From Clostridia bacterium (lineage in GTDB: Bacteria > Bacillota > Clostridia > RUG12999), in the NCBI GenBank assembly GCA_045534775.1, contig JAZSKI010000024.1, forward strand, positions 17,066 to 49,065: a DNA stretch of 32,000 bases. The letters are read 5' to 3'. Under the pieces are notes generated by a model that ran no database searches, had not been told where the DNA came from, and saw only the letters and a list, made by a program, of their open reading frames with translations. The position numbers and the translations under genes were made by a program. This document shows, one piece after another, positions 15,450-24,667 of the stretch. Within the stretch, counting starts at the first letter, position 1, and every line of letters starts with the position of its first letter.

Positions 15450-16205
15450 TTATTTTGAAATCAGCTTTTTGCTTCTCTGGATGTGATATACACAGGCGGA
15501 AAGTGCTTTATCGGGCAATAGCTTTGACAGCACTCTTGCGATTTTCATAAGCACTCCCGGTACAATTACAAGCTTACCTTTTAGCAGGCCTTTAACTGCC
15601 GTAGCCGCCACCTTATCCGCTGACATTGAAGGGGCATTAAAATGGACATTTGCAACCTCTCCGAATTCTGTTGCTACGGGTCCGGGACAAAGGACGCTTA
15701 TTTTAACGCCGCTACCTTCCTTTTTAAGCTCGCGGTGTAACGCGTGAGTCAGTCTGTAAATATACGCCTTGGAGGCATAATATGACGAAAAAAGCGGTCC
15801 CGGGAAAAATGCCGCCGAGGAGGCGACATTTAAAATATATCCGTTGTTTTTCTTTTTAAAATCCTTTATAAAGAGCTTCATCAAGGTATGCGTAGCCATA
15901 ACATTTACTTTTATCATATTAAGCTCGGAGGTTAAATCAGTTTCATCAAATTTGCCAAAAACGCCGAAGCCTGCATTGTTTATTAAAACGTCTATATCTC
16001 CGCACATTTCATGGAGCTTTATACAGTTTTCCGTCTCCGACACATCCATGGGTATAATCTCGGTTTTTACGGTGACAGCTTCTGCCACTTCTTTCAGCAG
16101 CTTTTCTCTTCTGCCGACCAGAATCAAATCATAGCCCAATTCAGCCAGCTTAAAGGCTATGCTTTTACCTATTCCGCTGCTTGCGCCTGTTACTAACGCT
16201 TTCAA
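15450..16205 (-). CDS. SDR family oxidoreductase (short-chain dehydrogenase)
   Basis: 251 aa. TGASSGIG cofactor motif, NNAG, catalytic YxxxK (YYASKAY). TTG start with GGAGGAG 5 nt upstream. Confidence 0.9.
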   Translation of the reverse strand: MKALVTGASSGIGKSIAFKLAELGYDLILVGRREKLLKEVAEAVTVKTEIIPMDVSETENCIKLHEMCGDIDVLINNAGFGVFGKFDETDLTSELNMIKVNVMATHTLMKLFIKDFKKKNNGYILNVASSAAFFPGPLFSSYYASKAYIYRLTHALHRELKKEGSGVKISVLCPGPVATEFGEVANVHFNAPSMSADKVAATAVKGLLKGKLVIVPGVLMKIARVLSKLLPDKALSACVYHIQRSKKLISK

Positions 16206-16217
16206 AAAAACTCCTCC

Positions 16218-17603
16218 TCAGACCTGCTCGGACACGTTCATTATAATATCCGACATTACTATGATTGAACCCTTTGAAGGATTGCCCTCCTCATCATACA
16301 TAGGCATCCATTCTACGGTTTTACCAAAGCTTTCTGCCACAAAACGAAGAGGCAGGTATGTTCTGTCGTTGCGGATAAAGGCAGGTACGTCTATAATTTT
16401 TTCCTCGCCGTTTACCATTGCCCTGTCACTACCGATTGTAAGAACAATCTCGCAATCCTCACAGCTGATTGTTACCGTTCCCGTTGAGCCGTCAAAGCCT
16501 ATTGCTTCATCAGGTATTCCGAAGGTATTGGCAAGCTTTCTTACGGGCAGGAAGGTTCTGTCGTTTTCAATTATGGGTTTTTCTTCAAAGGCAATCAGCT
16601 GACCGTTATAAATTACGTTTATTTCATTTTCGTCTATTCCCGGCCCTTGCATTGCTTCGGTAACATCAACGGAGTTTTCCTCTGTCAGCTCAGGCAGCTT
16701 AATCTCATACGTCTCGTCTAAGGCTTTGAATTTATAATCCAGACTTACTACCGCTTTGATTGCCGAGTTTGTTTCATTGAGTTCTTCTGCAACTGTTTCG
16801 CCTACGGCGTTGTATAATGATGCAAGACTTGTATCAATATTAAACACAATTTTCATAGCGATTAAGCTACCGTCCTTATCCACCTCAGCCTCGAAAATGG
16901 CGGCTTCATCCTTGTCCATAAGCTGTGTCTCTGCCAGTGTGTCGGAAAGCTCTTCAAGATCCAAACCCTGAGACGCATCAGACATAAAGCTGTTTGCCGT
17001 CTCGCATATTTCCATAAACAAAGCTTTAGCCTCTTCTTCGTCAAAGATAACGCTGTAGACGTTATCTTCACGCTCGACCTTGATGTTTTCAAACAGTTCA
17101 TCGGGCATTTCGGGAGCCAGCTCTGTTTTTTTCGTTATCTCTTTAATCTGCTCCAAATCCATTATTTTGCTGTAATCAATAACATAATATTTATCCGGAT
17201 CATAGCCGTCTTCTTCTGTGTTGGTTTTCAGAACAAATATATAACGCGGCTCTGTCTGCGCAGTCAGATCCATATCTATCCATATATCCAAATCTACGGG
17301 CTCTTCTGCCACGGTCATATCATAACCCATTTCAGCCATCAGCCTTGTGCCTTCTTCGTTGCCCTTAAGCTTCATGGCTATATTCATACTGAGGTCGGAG
17401 AAAATTTTATTTATTTCCCCATCGGGGTCCAGCGCCTCACTTAAGGGCTGTTTGAGGGAAATACCTGCTTTTACCTCAACCTCTGCGCTTGTGTACTGTG
17501 TTTGAAGTGCTTTTTTCAGACCCTCTCTGTTATCGTCTGCGGCACTTGCCGTAAAGGAAAGCACCATTGCAAGGGCTGTTAAAACCGATAATATCCTTTT
17601 CAT
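16218..17603 (-). CDS. Secreted acidic protein with a C-terminal copper amine oxidase N-terminal-like (stalk) domain
   Basis: 461 aa. Signal peptide MKRILSVLTALAMVLSFTASA, an Asp/Glu-rich body of about 330 aa with unknown fold, and two C-terminal half-repeats NDRTFLPVRKLANTFG and NDRTYLPLRFVAESFG typical of Cu_amine_oxidN1 domains. AAGGAGG RBS. Confidence 0.8.
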   Translation of the reverse strand: MKRILSVLTALAMVLSFTASAADDNREGLKKALQTQYTSAEVEVKAGISLKQPLSEALDPDGEINKIFSDLSMNIAMKLKGNEEGTRLMAEMGYDMTVAEEPVDLDIWIDMDLTAQTEPRYIFVLKTNTEEDGYDPDKYYVIDYSKIMDLEQIKEITKKTELAPEMPDELFENIKVEREDNVYSVIFDEEEAKALFMEICETANSFMSDASQGLDLEELSDTLAETQLMDKDEAAIFEAEVDKDGSLIAMKIVFNIDTSLASLYNAVGETVAEELNETNSAIKAVVSLDYKFKALDETYEIKLPELTEENSVDVTEAMQGPGIDENEINVIYNGQLIAFEEKPIIENDRTFLPVRKLANTFGIPDEAIGFDGSTGTVTISCEDCEIVLTIGSDRAMVNGEEKIIDVPAFIRNDRTYLPLRFVAESFGKTVEWMPMYDEEGNPSKGSIIVMSDIIMNVSEQV

Positions 17604-17618
17604 TTTGCCCCGACCTCC

Positions 17619-18074
17619 TTATTTTCTTTTATCCGCTTTGTTCGCGGCTACAAAATAATAGACAAATTTAACAACTATATAAATTACCGATGTAACGGCA
17701 CCTATTTTCTGACCTCTGAGAGAATTGGTAATATATCTGCCGAGGCTTTCGGAATACTGGTTGGGGATGTATCTTATAAGGCTCATAAGAAGTGCCGCAT
17801 AAATGGCAAAGGATACCACCGCCCAAAGCTTTGTGTTATTGCCTTTTAACGCCAATATTACCGATATTACGGCTACCACTACCGCCACAATAAATATTGT
17901 CGGTATTATATAGTTCCACATAGCACCTGTGATATTTGCAACGGAAAAACCGTTATATATGAGCAGCTGACCTATAAGCAGAGCCATAGCCTCCACCACA
18001 GTTATAAGCAACAGATTTGTGTAGCCTTCTCCTTTGGTTGTTGCTTTGTTTTTATTTGATGCTTTTTTACTCAC
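17619..18074 (-). CDS. Small integral membrane protein, function unknown
   Basis: 151 aa with Lys-rich termini and four predicted TM helices. GTG start with GGAGG 8 nt upstream. I do not recognise a family. Confidence 0.65.
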   Translation of the reverse strand: MSKKASNKNKATTKGEGYTNLLLITVVEAMALLIGQLLIYNGFSVANITGAMWNYIIPTIFIVAVVVAVISVILALKGNNTKLWAVVSFAIYAALLMSLIRYIPNQYSESLGRYITNSLRGQKIGAVTSVIYIVVKFVYYFVAANKADKRK

Positions 18075-18109
18075 TTACTTTACCTCCGATATATATCTGT
18101 ATATATACT

Positions 18110-18138
18110 ATTATATCCCAAAATGAATTTTTAGTCAA
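18110..18138 (-). promoter_or_regulatory. Sigma-A promoter for the membrane protein / stalk-domain protein / SDR unit
   Basis: On the minus strand, TTGACT (18138-33), a 17-nt spacer, then TATAAT (18115-10), about 35 nt upstream of the GTG start. Confidence 0.5.
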
Positions 18139-18164
18139 TATGAAAGTTAAAATTTTTCACAGTC

Positions 18165-19316
18165 TCAGCTGATTAAATCTTCAGGACGGGTATCACTGTA
18201 GCCGAAGGCGTAGAGAAGTGCCTCCACAATACGCTGTGATGCCTTGCCGTCACCATAGGGATTTGCCGCATGAGCCATTTTGTCGTATGCCTCTTTACTT
18301 TCAAGCAATTCCTTGCCGAGAGCATAAATATCTTCTTCCTTGATACCTGCCAGCTTCGCTGTGCCTGCGGCTACGGCTTCGGGACGTTCTGTTTCACTTC
18401 TGAGCACCAATACCGGTTTGCCGAGAGCAGGAGCTTCCTCCTGAAGCCCGCCTGAATCTGTCATTACCATATAGCACCGTTTCATAAGATTATGAAGCTC
18501 GTCTACGTCTACGGGGTCAATGAGATGGACACGGTCGTTACCTGCTAAGATGCTGTTTACCGTATCACGTACCGCCGGATTAAGATGTACGGGGTAAATT
18601 ATCTCAATATCGGGATTTTCATTTACCAGTCGCAGCACTGCACGACAGATGTTTTCAAGAGGCTTACCTAAATTTTCACGTCTGTGAGCCGTCATAAGGA
18701 TTACCCTTTTGCCTTCAAAATCCACGTTTCTGATGCTTTCTGTTTTAAAGGTATAGTCATCTCTTACGGTATAACTTATGGCGTCTATTACAGTATTACC
18801 CGTTATGTAGATGCTGTCTTCGTCAATTTTTTCTCTTAAAAGATTATCCTTATTGGACTGAGTGGGTGAGAAATGGAAATCCGCTATAGCTCCCGTGATT
18901 TTTCTGTTCATTTCCTCAGGAAACGGCGAATATTTATCATAAGTACGAAGTCCCGCTTCCACGTGACCGACCTTGATTTTGTTATAAAACGCCGCCATAG
19001 ACCCTGACAGAGTTGTGGTAGTGTCACCGTGCACCAGCACAACATCGGGTTTTGCTTCGCTCATAACCTCATCAAGACCGTTGAGGGCTCTTGTGGTAAT
19101 TCCTGCAAGAGTCTGTCTTTCCTGCATTATATTAAGGTCATAGTCCGCCTTGATTTTAAACATATCCATTACCATATCCAGCATCTGCCTGTGCTGTGCC
19201 GTGAGGCAAACTATACTTTCGATATTCTCATTTTTCTGCAGTTCAAGTACAAGCGGTGCCATTTTTATGGCTTCGGGACGAGTGCCGAATACTGTCATAA
19301 CCTTTAACTTTTTCAT
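18165..19316 (-). CDS. wecB: UDP-N-acetylglucosamine 2-epimerase (non-hydrolysing)
   Basis: 383 aa. Motifs VFGTRPEAIKMAP, HVEAGLRT, DSGGLQEEAP. AAGGAG RBS. Confidence 0.95.
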   Translation of the reverse strand: MKKLKVMTVFGTRPEAIKMAPLVLELQKNENIESIVCLTAQHRQMLDMVMDMFKIKADYDLNIMQERQTLAGITTRALNGLDEVMSEAKPDVVLVHGDTTTTLSGSMAAFYNKIKVGHVEAGLRTYDKYSPFPEEMNRKITGAIADFHFSPTQSNKDNLLREKIDEDSIYITGNTVIDAISYTVRDDYTFKTESIRNVDFEGKRVILMTAHRRENLGKPLENICRAVLRLVNENPDIEIIYPVHLNPAVRDTVNSILAGNDRVHLIDPVDVDELHNLMKRCYMVMTDSGGLQEEAPALGKPVLVLRSETERPEAVAAGTAKLAGIKEEDIYALGKELLESKEAYDKMAHAANPYGDGKASQRIVEALLYAFGYSDTRPEDLIS

Positions 19317-19336
19317 CTGAAAATCTCCTTCCGAAA

Positions 19337-20386
19337 TTATTTATCTTCGTTTTCTTCTTTTATTTCGTGTTCTTTGCTGTACACGAACATCATTGCTCCT
19401 ATTGCAACGGGTATAATTGCCGCCGCAAAAACCAGGCCCCTTATAATTCCTCTTGCCGCTATTACAACCGCCGTAAGACCCAGCAGGGCACTGGCAGAGT
19501 AAAGAATCACAACCGTCTGTTTCTGGTTAAAGCCCATATCTATCAGCCTGTGATGAAGGTGTCCCCTGTCTGCCGACATTATGGGTTTATGCTTCAAAAT
19601 TCGTCTTATAATGGCAAAAACAGTATCAAAAATCGGTAATGCAAGTATCATAAAGGGAATTACAAAGGCTATAAGTGCATAGCTTTTAAATGCACCTTGA
19701 ATAGTGATACAACCGAGAACAAAGCCTAAGAAGGTCGCTCCCGTATCGCCCATAAATATGGTTGCAGGGTTGGAGTTAAAGGGTAAAAAGCCTATACAAC
19801 AGCCTACAAGTGCCGCCGCAATAAGTGCTACCTCCACGTTTCCCATTATAATGGAAATAAACAGAATTGAAGCAGAGGCTATAAGAGATACGCCTGCCGC
19901 AAGCCCGTCAAGACCGTCAATAAGGTTTACTGCGTTAGTAATTGCCACTATCCACAGTACGGATATTATCTGCGAATAGGGTGAAGGAATATTTATCATG
20001 CCGATAAAGGGCAGATTAATAAATTTTATGGAAAGCCCGCATATAACGGGGATACACGCCGCTGCCAGCTGTACCAGAAATTTAGGCTTTGCCGACAGTG
20101 CTTTCCTGTCATCCATAATACCCATAATCACAATAAGAAGTGTTCCTGCCAATATACCCACAAGCTGAGGCTCTAAGGTAATAAATACAAGAATACTGAC
20201 CACAAACCCGTAGAACATAGCAAGGCCGCCCATTCTCGGTATTGGTTTTTTGTGCATTCTTCTGCCGTCTTTCGGAACATCCACTGCACCGATTTTTCTT
20301 GCTATAATTTTCGCAAAGGGCGTTGCCACAAAGGTAAGTATTATTGACGATGCCAGGATAAATAACAAATTAGTGTTTGTAATCAT
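19337..20386 (-). CDS. tagO: Undecaprenyl-phosphate GlcNAc-1-phosphate transferase (TagO/WecA, MraY-like glycosyltransferase family 4)
   Basis: 349 aa polytopic membrane protein. Motifs MDDRKAL, NAVNLIDGLDGLA, MGDTGA. Confidence 0.9.
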   Translation of the reverse strand: MITNTNLLFILASSIILTFVATPFAKIIARKIGAVDVPKDGRRMHKKPIPRMGGLAMFYGFVVSILVFITLEPQLVGILAGTLLIVIMGIMDDRKALSAKPKFLVQLAAACIPVICGLSIKFINLPFIGMINIPSPYSQIISVLWIVAITNAVNLIDGLDGLAAGVSLIASASILFISIIMGNVEVALIAAALVGCCIGFLPFNSNPATIFMGDTGATFLGFVLGCITIQGAFKSYALIAFVIPFMILALPIFDTVFAIIRRILKHKPIMSADRGHLHHRLIDMGFNQKQTVVILYSASALLGLTAVVIAARGIIRGLVFAAAIIPVAIGAMMFVYSKEHEIKEENEDK

Positions 20387-20398
20387 AAAATCACCTGT

Positions 20399-21394
20399 CT
20401 ATTCAGAAATAAGTCCGACCTTCTTATATACCTTGCGAAGGGTTTTGGTCGCAAGATAGGTCGCTGTCTGTTCGCTCTTTTTATATATCTCCTGCAAATA
20501 GTCTTTATTGGTGAGGAAATACTCATATTTTTCCTGTATGGGTCTCAGTGCCGAAGCTACCGCTTCTCCTACGGCTAATTTGAAATCGCCGTAGCCCTTG
20601 CCGACAAATTCCGCTTCCGTTTCTTCGGGAGTTTTGCCCGTTACCGCACCGTAAATTGAAATCAGGTTATTGATACCGTCCTTACCTTCACGGTATGCAA
20701 CCACAGCCTCGCTGTCGGTAACGGCACGTTTGAATTTACGTATTACGGTATCCGTATCATCGGTCATCAGAATATAGCCGTTGACATTGGTATCGGACTT
20801 AGACATCTTCGACAGGGGGTTCTGAAGGCTCATAACTCTCGCGCCGACTTTAGGAATAAAGCCTTCGGGAATTTTAAACACATCACCGTATATTCCGTTA
20901 AAGCGTTCCGCAATATCGCGACATATTTCAAGATGCTGTTTCTGGTCGTGACCTACAGGCACGAGGTCCGTCTGATAAAGCAGAATATCCGCCGCCATCA
21001 GTACAGGATAGGTAAACAGCCCCGCATTTATATTATTCTCATGTTTTGCTGATTTATCCTTAAACTGCGTCATTCTTGAAAGCTCGCCCATCTGGGTATA
21101 GCAATTAAGCACCCACGCCAGCTCAGCGTGCTGATGCACTCTCGACTGGAAATACAGCAGGCTTTTTTCAGGGTCAACGCCGCAGGCAAGCAAAAGTGCC
21201 ATAAGCTGCAAGGAATTTTTCCTTAAATCCGCAGGTGTCTGACGTACCGTCAGCGAATGTAAATCCGCGATGGAATAAATACATTCATATTCCTCCTGCA
21301 AATCCACCCAGTTTTTTATGGCTCCTATATAATTACCCAGGGTCATTACCCCTGTCGGCTGAATTGCCGAAAATATACGTTTTTTATTTTCCAT
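20399..21394 (-). CDS. trpS: Tryptophan--tRNA ligase
   Basis: 331 aa class I enzyme. QPTG..TLGNYIG (HIGH-like region), KMSKS (SKMSKSD), GHDQKQH. Confidence 0.96.
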   Translation of the reverse strand: MENKKRIFSAIQPTGVMTLGNYIGAIKNWVDLQEEYECIYSIADLHSLTVRQTPADLRKNSLQLMALLLACGVDPEKSLLYFQSRVHQHAELAWVLNCYTQMGELSRMTQFKDKSAKHENNINAGLFTYPVLMAADILLYQTDLVPVGHDQKQHLEICRDIAERFNGIYGDVFKIPEGFIPKVGARVMSLQNPLSKMSKSDTNVNGYILMTDDTDTVIRKFKRAVTDSEAVVAYREGKDGINNLISIYGAVTGKTPEETEAEFVGKGYGDFKLAVGEAVASALRPIQEKYEYFLTNKDYLQEIYKKSEQTATYLATKTLRKVYKKVGLISE

Positions 21395-21409
21395 TTCAAG
21401 CAGTCCCCT

Positions 21410-22585
21410 TTACAGTATTTCGGCAATACGTTTAATAGCCGTTTCAATCTTATCCTCAGGAATAAGTGAATAGTTAAGTCTGAACATATTGCATTTTTTG
21501 TTCATATCCGTCATAAGCGTATTACCTGCCACAAAGATTACGTTATTCTTCTTTGCCTTTTCAAGAATTTCTGCGGCATCGGTGCCTTCCGGTAAGGTAC
21601 ACATAAGGAAAAGACCGCCTTCGGGACGTGTATATGTACAATAATCCGGGAAATATTTATCCATCGCCGCCAGCATTTTTTCGCACTTTCTGCCGTAAAG
21701 CTCGCATATTTTTTTAATATGGTCGTCTATTGAATAGCGTGTCATATATTCAGCCGCCATCATCTGAGTTAAAACCGGCGTATGTACGTCGTTTATCTGT
21801 TTCACAACGCTCATCTTATCCACCAGCTCCTTATGGGCGGTTATCCAGCCTATACGCATTCCGGGTGATAAAATTTTTGAGAAAGACCCGCTGTAAATAA
21901 CTCTGCCTTCCGTATCGTAGGATTTGATTGTTCTGTTATGCTTTCCCTTAAACCGAAGCTCGCCGTAGGGGTTGTCCTCGATAATAAGTACATTATATTT
22001 ATTTGCCAGCTCAACCAGTTTAATTCTCTTCTCCTCCGACATAGTTATTCCCGTAGGATTCTGGAAGGTAGGTATGGTATAAATAAGCTTAATTTTTTCG
22101 GTTTTCAGGATATTTTCAACAGCCGCGGTATCCATACCGTCATCTGAAACGGGAGCGCCGAAAAGCTTTGCATTAAAGGAACGCATCGCGTTAAGAGTGC
22201 CGATGAAGGAAGGCTCTTCCACAATAACTCCGTCACCCTCTTCGAGCAATACGCGAAGTGCCAGGTCAATGCCCTGCTGAGCTCCTGTTACCATAATGGT
22301 TTCGTCATATTCTTTATTACTGTCAATTTTGGACATTCTTTCCTTCACGATATTGCGGAGAGGCTCATAGCCTTCGGTGATACCGTATTGCAGAGCAATA
22401 CCCGGTTTTTCCTCAAGCAGTTCCTTTGCTATTTCTGCCAGCTCTTTATTGGGAAAGCTTTCCACAGCGGGCGAGCCTCCTGCAAGTGAAATTATATCGG
22501 GGTTTGCCATAAGCTTAAACATCTCTCTTATTGACGAGCCCTGCATATCTGCAACTCTGTTTGCGAACATTTCCTTCATATCCAT
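21410..22585 (-). CDS. PLP-dependent aminotransferase (class I/II, 2-aminoadipate/aromatic transaminase-like)
   Basis: The ORF track extends to 22627. I prefer ATG 22585 (MDMKEMFANR...) with AAGGAG 9 nt upstream. It has the PLP-lysine motif SFSKILSPGMRIGW and the NPTG motif. Substrate cannot be told from sequence alone. Confidence 0.85.
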   Translation of the reverse strand: MDMKEMFANRVADMQGSSIREMFKLMANPDIISLAGGSPAVESFPNKELAEIAKELLEEKPGIALQYGITEGYEPLRNIVKERMSKIDSNKEYDETIMVTGAQQGIDLALRVLLEEGDGVIVEEPSFIGTLNAMRSFNAKLFGAPVSDDGMDTAAVENILKTEKIKLIYTIPTFQNPTGITMSEEKRIKLVELANKYNVLIIEDNPYGELRFKGKHNRTIKSYDTEGRVIYSGSFSKILSPGMRIGWITAHKELVDKMSVVKQINDVHTPVLTQMMAAEYMTRYSIDDHIKKICELYGRKCEKMLAAMDKYFPDYCTYTRPEGGLFLMCTLPEGTDAAEILEKAKKNNVIFVAGNTLMTDMNKKCNMFRLNYSLIPEDKIETAIKRIAEIL

Positions 22586-22604
22586 TTTTATCGTCTCCTT
22601 AAAA

Positions 22605-23498
22605 TTAATATTCCTCTTCATAGCCAAAGCTTTTCATCAGATAATTATTATTTCTCCAATCGTCCTTCACCTTGACCCACAGGTTAAGATACACCTGTTT
22701 ATCGGTCATCCTTTCAATATCCCGTCTCGCTTCCATACCTATTGTCTTAAGCATCTCGCCGCCTTTGCCGATTATTATGCCCTTATGGCTTGCTTTTTCG
22801 CAATATATATTGGCGTTAATACGGATGATTTTTTCTTCTTCCTTATAATCTAAAATCTCAACGGCGGTACCGTGGGGAATTTCGTGGTCTAATTTATAAA
22901 GCATTTTTTCTCTTATGATTTCAGCCGTCATCACCCTTTCCTGCATATCCGTCACCATTTCTTCCGGATAAAATTCAGGACCCGGCTCTAAAATCGTTTC
23001 AATCTCTTTTATACAAATCTCAACGCCGCTGCCCGTTCTTGCCGACAGCGGAATTGTCGCCGTAAAGGGAAGCATATCATTATATTCTGTTATCTGTGCA
23101 GGCAGCTTGGTTTTATCCGCACCGTCAATTTTATTTATAACCAGAATCGCAGGTATTCCGCTTTCCTTGATTTTTTCAACTATCTCCCGTTCGGTGGTCG
23201 TTATCTCGCGGCAGGCTTCTGTTACAAAAACTATTACATCCGCCTCATATATACCTGTTTCCGCCGCGTTTACCATATATTCGCCCAGCTTTGTTTTAGG
23301 CTTATGGATACCCGGAGTATCAATAAATATCATCTGACTTTCTTTGGTGGTGCGAATTGCAAGGATTTTATTTCTTGTAGTCTGAGGTTTATTTGATATT
23401 ATCGCAATTTTCTGACCTACCATTTTGTTTGTAAGTGTGGATTTCCCTACGTTTGGTATTCCTACCACCGCAACAAATCCCGATTTGAAGCTATCCAT
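22605..23498 (-). CDS. era: GTPase Era
   Basis: 297 aa. G1 GIPNVGKST, KPQTTR, DTPG, NKID, and a C-terminal KH domain (GKGG). AGGAGG RBS. Confidence 0.96.
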   Translation of the reverse strand: MDSFKSGFVAVVGIPNVGKSTLTNKMVGQKIAIISNKPQTTRNKILAIRTTKESQMIFIDTPGIHKPKTKLGEYMVNAAETGIYEADVIVFVTEACREITTTEREIVEKIKESGIPAILVINKIDGADKTKLPAQITEYNDMLPFTATIPLSARTGSGVEICIKEIETILEPGPEFYPEEMVTDMQERVMTAEIIREKMLYKLDHEIPHGTAVEILDYKEEEKIIRINANIYCEKASHKGIIIGKGGEMLKTIGMEARRDIERMTDKQVYLNLWVKVKDDWRNNNYLMKSFGYEEEY

Positions 23499-23955
23499 TT
23501 TTTCCTCCTGTTTTAAAAATTATTATATAAGCCGCCGCAAGATATGCCGCTACAAGGCATATCATCGCAGGATTTTTAAGCATTTCAAACAGCCGCATTA
23601 TTTTCTCACCGTCATACATTACGACTACGCCGCAAAAGGCCGCGCAAACCGATGCCGCAAGGGTAATCGCCGCCGCTGTATCCTTTGCTTTTTTAGCCCT
23701 CTCGTCATATTCTTTAATAATCGCATCTATGGTATGTTCTACGGCGGTATTGGCAAGCTCTGCCATAATAACCGCAAAGATGCACATTATAACCACCGCA
23801 AGCCTTGCTCCTTTTATTTCCGCAAAAATACAGTACCCCGTTACGGGAGGTATAAACATAAGGGCTGTTCTTAAATTTCTCTCGCTTTTCACCGCACCGT
23901 AAAAGCCGCGTGCGGCGTTTAAAAAGCTTCTGTATACAGATTGTTTTTTAAACAT
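23491..23955 (-). CDS. dgkA: Diacylglycerol/undecaprenol kinase family protein
   Basis: 154 aa with 3-4 TM helices and the DgkA motif ELANTAVEHTID. Its stop overlaps the era start by 8 nt. Confidence 0.8.
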   Translation of the reverse strand: MFKKQSVYRSFLNAARGFYGAVKSERNLRTALMFIPPVTGYCIFAEIKGARLAVVIMCIFAVIMAELANTAVEHTIDAIIKEYDERAKKAKDTAAAITLAASVCAAFCGVVVMYDGEKIMRLFEMLKNPAMICLVAAYLAAAYIIIFKTGGKNG

Positions 23956-23959
23956 ATCA

Positions 23960-24667
23960 TCACCTTATAGGTTTTTTTGATGGTGTTCCCGCCTTTCGGG
24001 GATAGGCGGTGGGACAGGGCTTGACCTTTTTTACCACCACTATATTATGTCTCAGCTCGGTGAAGGGTATTTCCGCCCTGTATATTCCTTCAAGCTCGCC
24101 GCCAAGCACCCTGATTGCCTTTTCTGCGGCGGTGATTTCCTCCTCTGCGGCAGGACCTTTAAGGGCAACAAATTTACCTCCCACCTTCACAAAGGGCAGG
24201 CAATACTCGCAAAGCACCGACATGTTTGCAACGGCTCTTGACACCGCTACATCAAATTTTTCGCGGTATTTCGGGTTGTTGCCTCCGTCTTCCGCACGCA
24301 AATGAACCAATTTCACATTTCCCGTAGCAGTTTCTTTCAACACCTCTTCAATAAAATTCAGTCTTTTTTCAAGGGAATCCAGCAAGGTAAGAGAAATATC
24401 CTCACGCACCAGCCTTATGGGAAGCCCCGGAAAGCCCGCACCACAGCCCACGTCTATAACTGACGCTCCATTTGGTATCATACCTTTTGCCACAGGGGTT
24501 ATACAATCCAGAAAATGCTTGGTTATAACCTCATCGGGGTCTGTGATAGCTGTTAAATTAACCTTTTCATTCCACGAAATAAGAAGCTCCATATATTTTA
24601 TAAAGCTTTCTGCACCGTCTGCTTCGATGCCCAGCTCTTTAAAGCCATTTTTTAACTTTTCAAGCAT
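23960..24667 (-). CDS. rsmG: 16S rRNA (guanine527-N7)-methyltransferase
   Basis: 235 aa, GidB family. SAM motif DVGCGAGFPG and NLT..TDP region. Its start shares one base with the mnmG stop. Confidence 0.95.
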   Translation of the reverse strand: MLEKLKNGFKELGIEADGAESFIKYMELLISWNEKVNLTAITDPDEVITKHFLDCITPVAKGMIPNGASVIDVGCGAGFPGLPIRLVREDISLTLLDSLEKRLNFIEEVLKETATGNVKLVHLRAEDGGNNPKYREKFDVAVSRAVANMSVLCEYCLPFVKVGGKFVALKGPAAEEEITAAEKAIRVLGGELEGIYRAEIPFTELRHNIVVVKKVKPCPTAYPRKAGTPSKKPIR

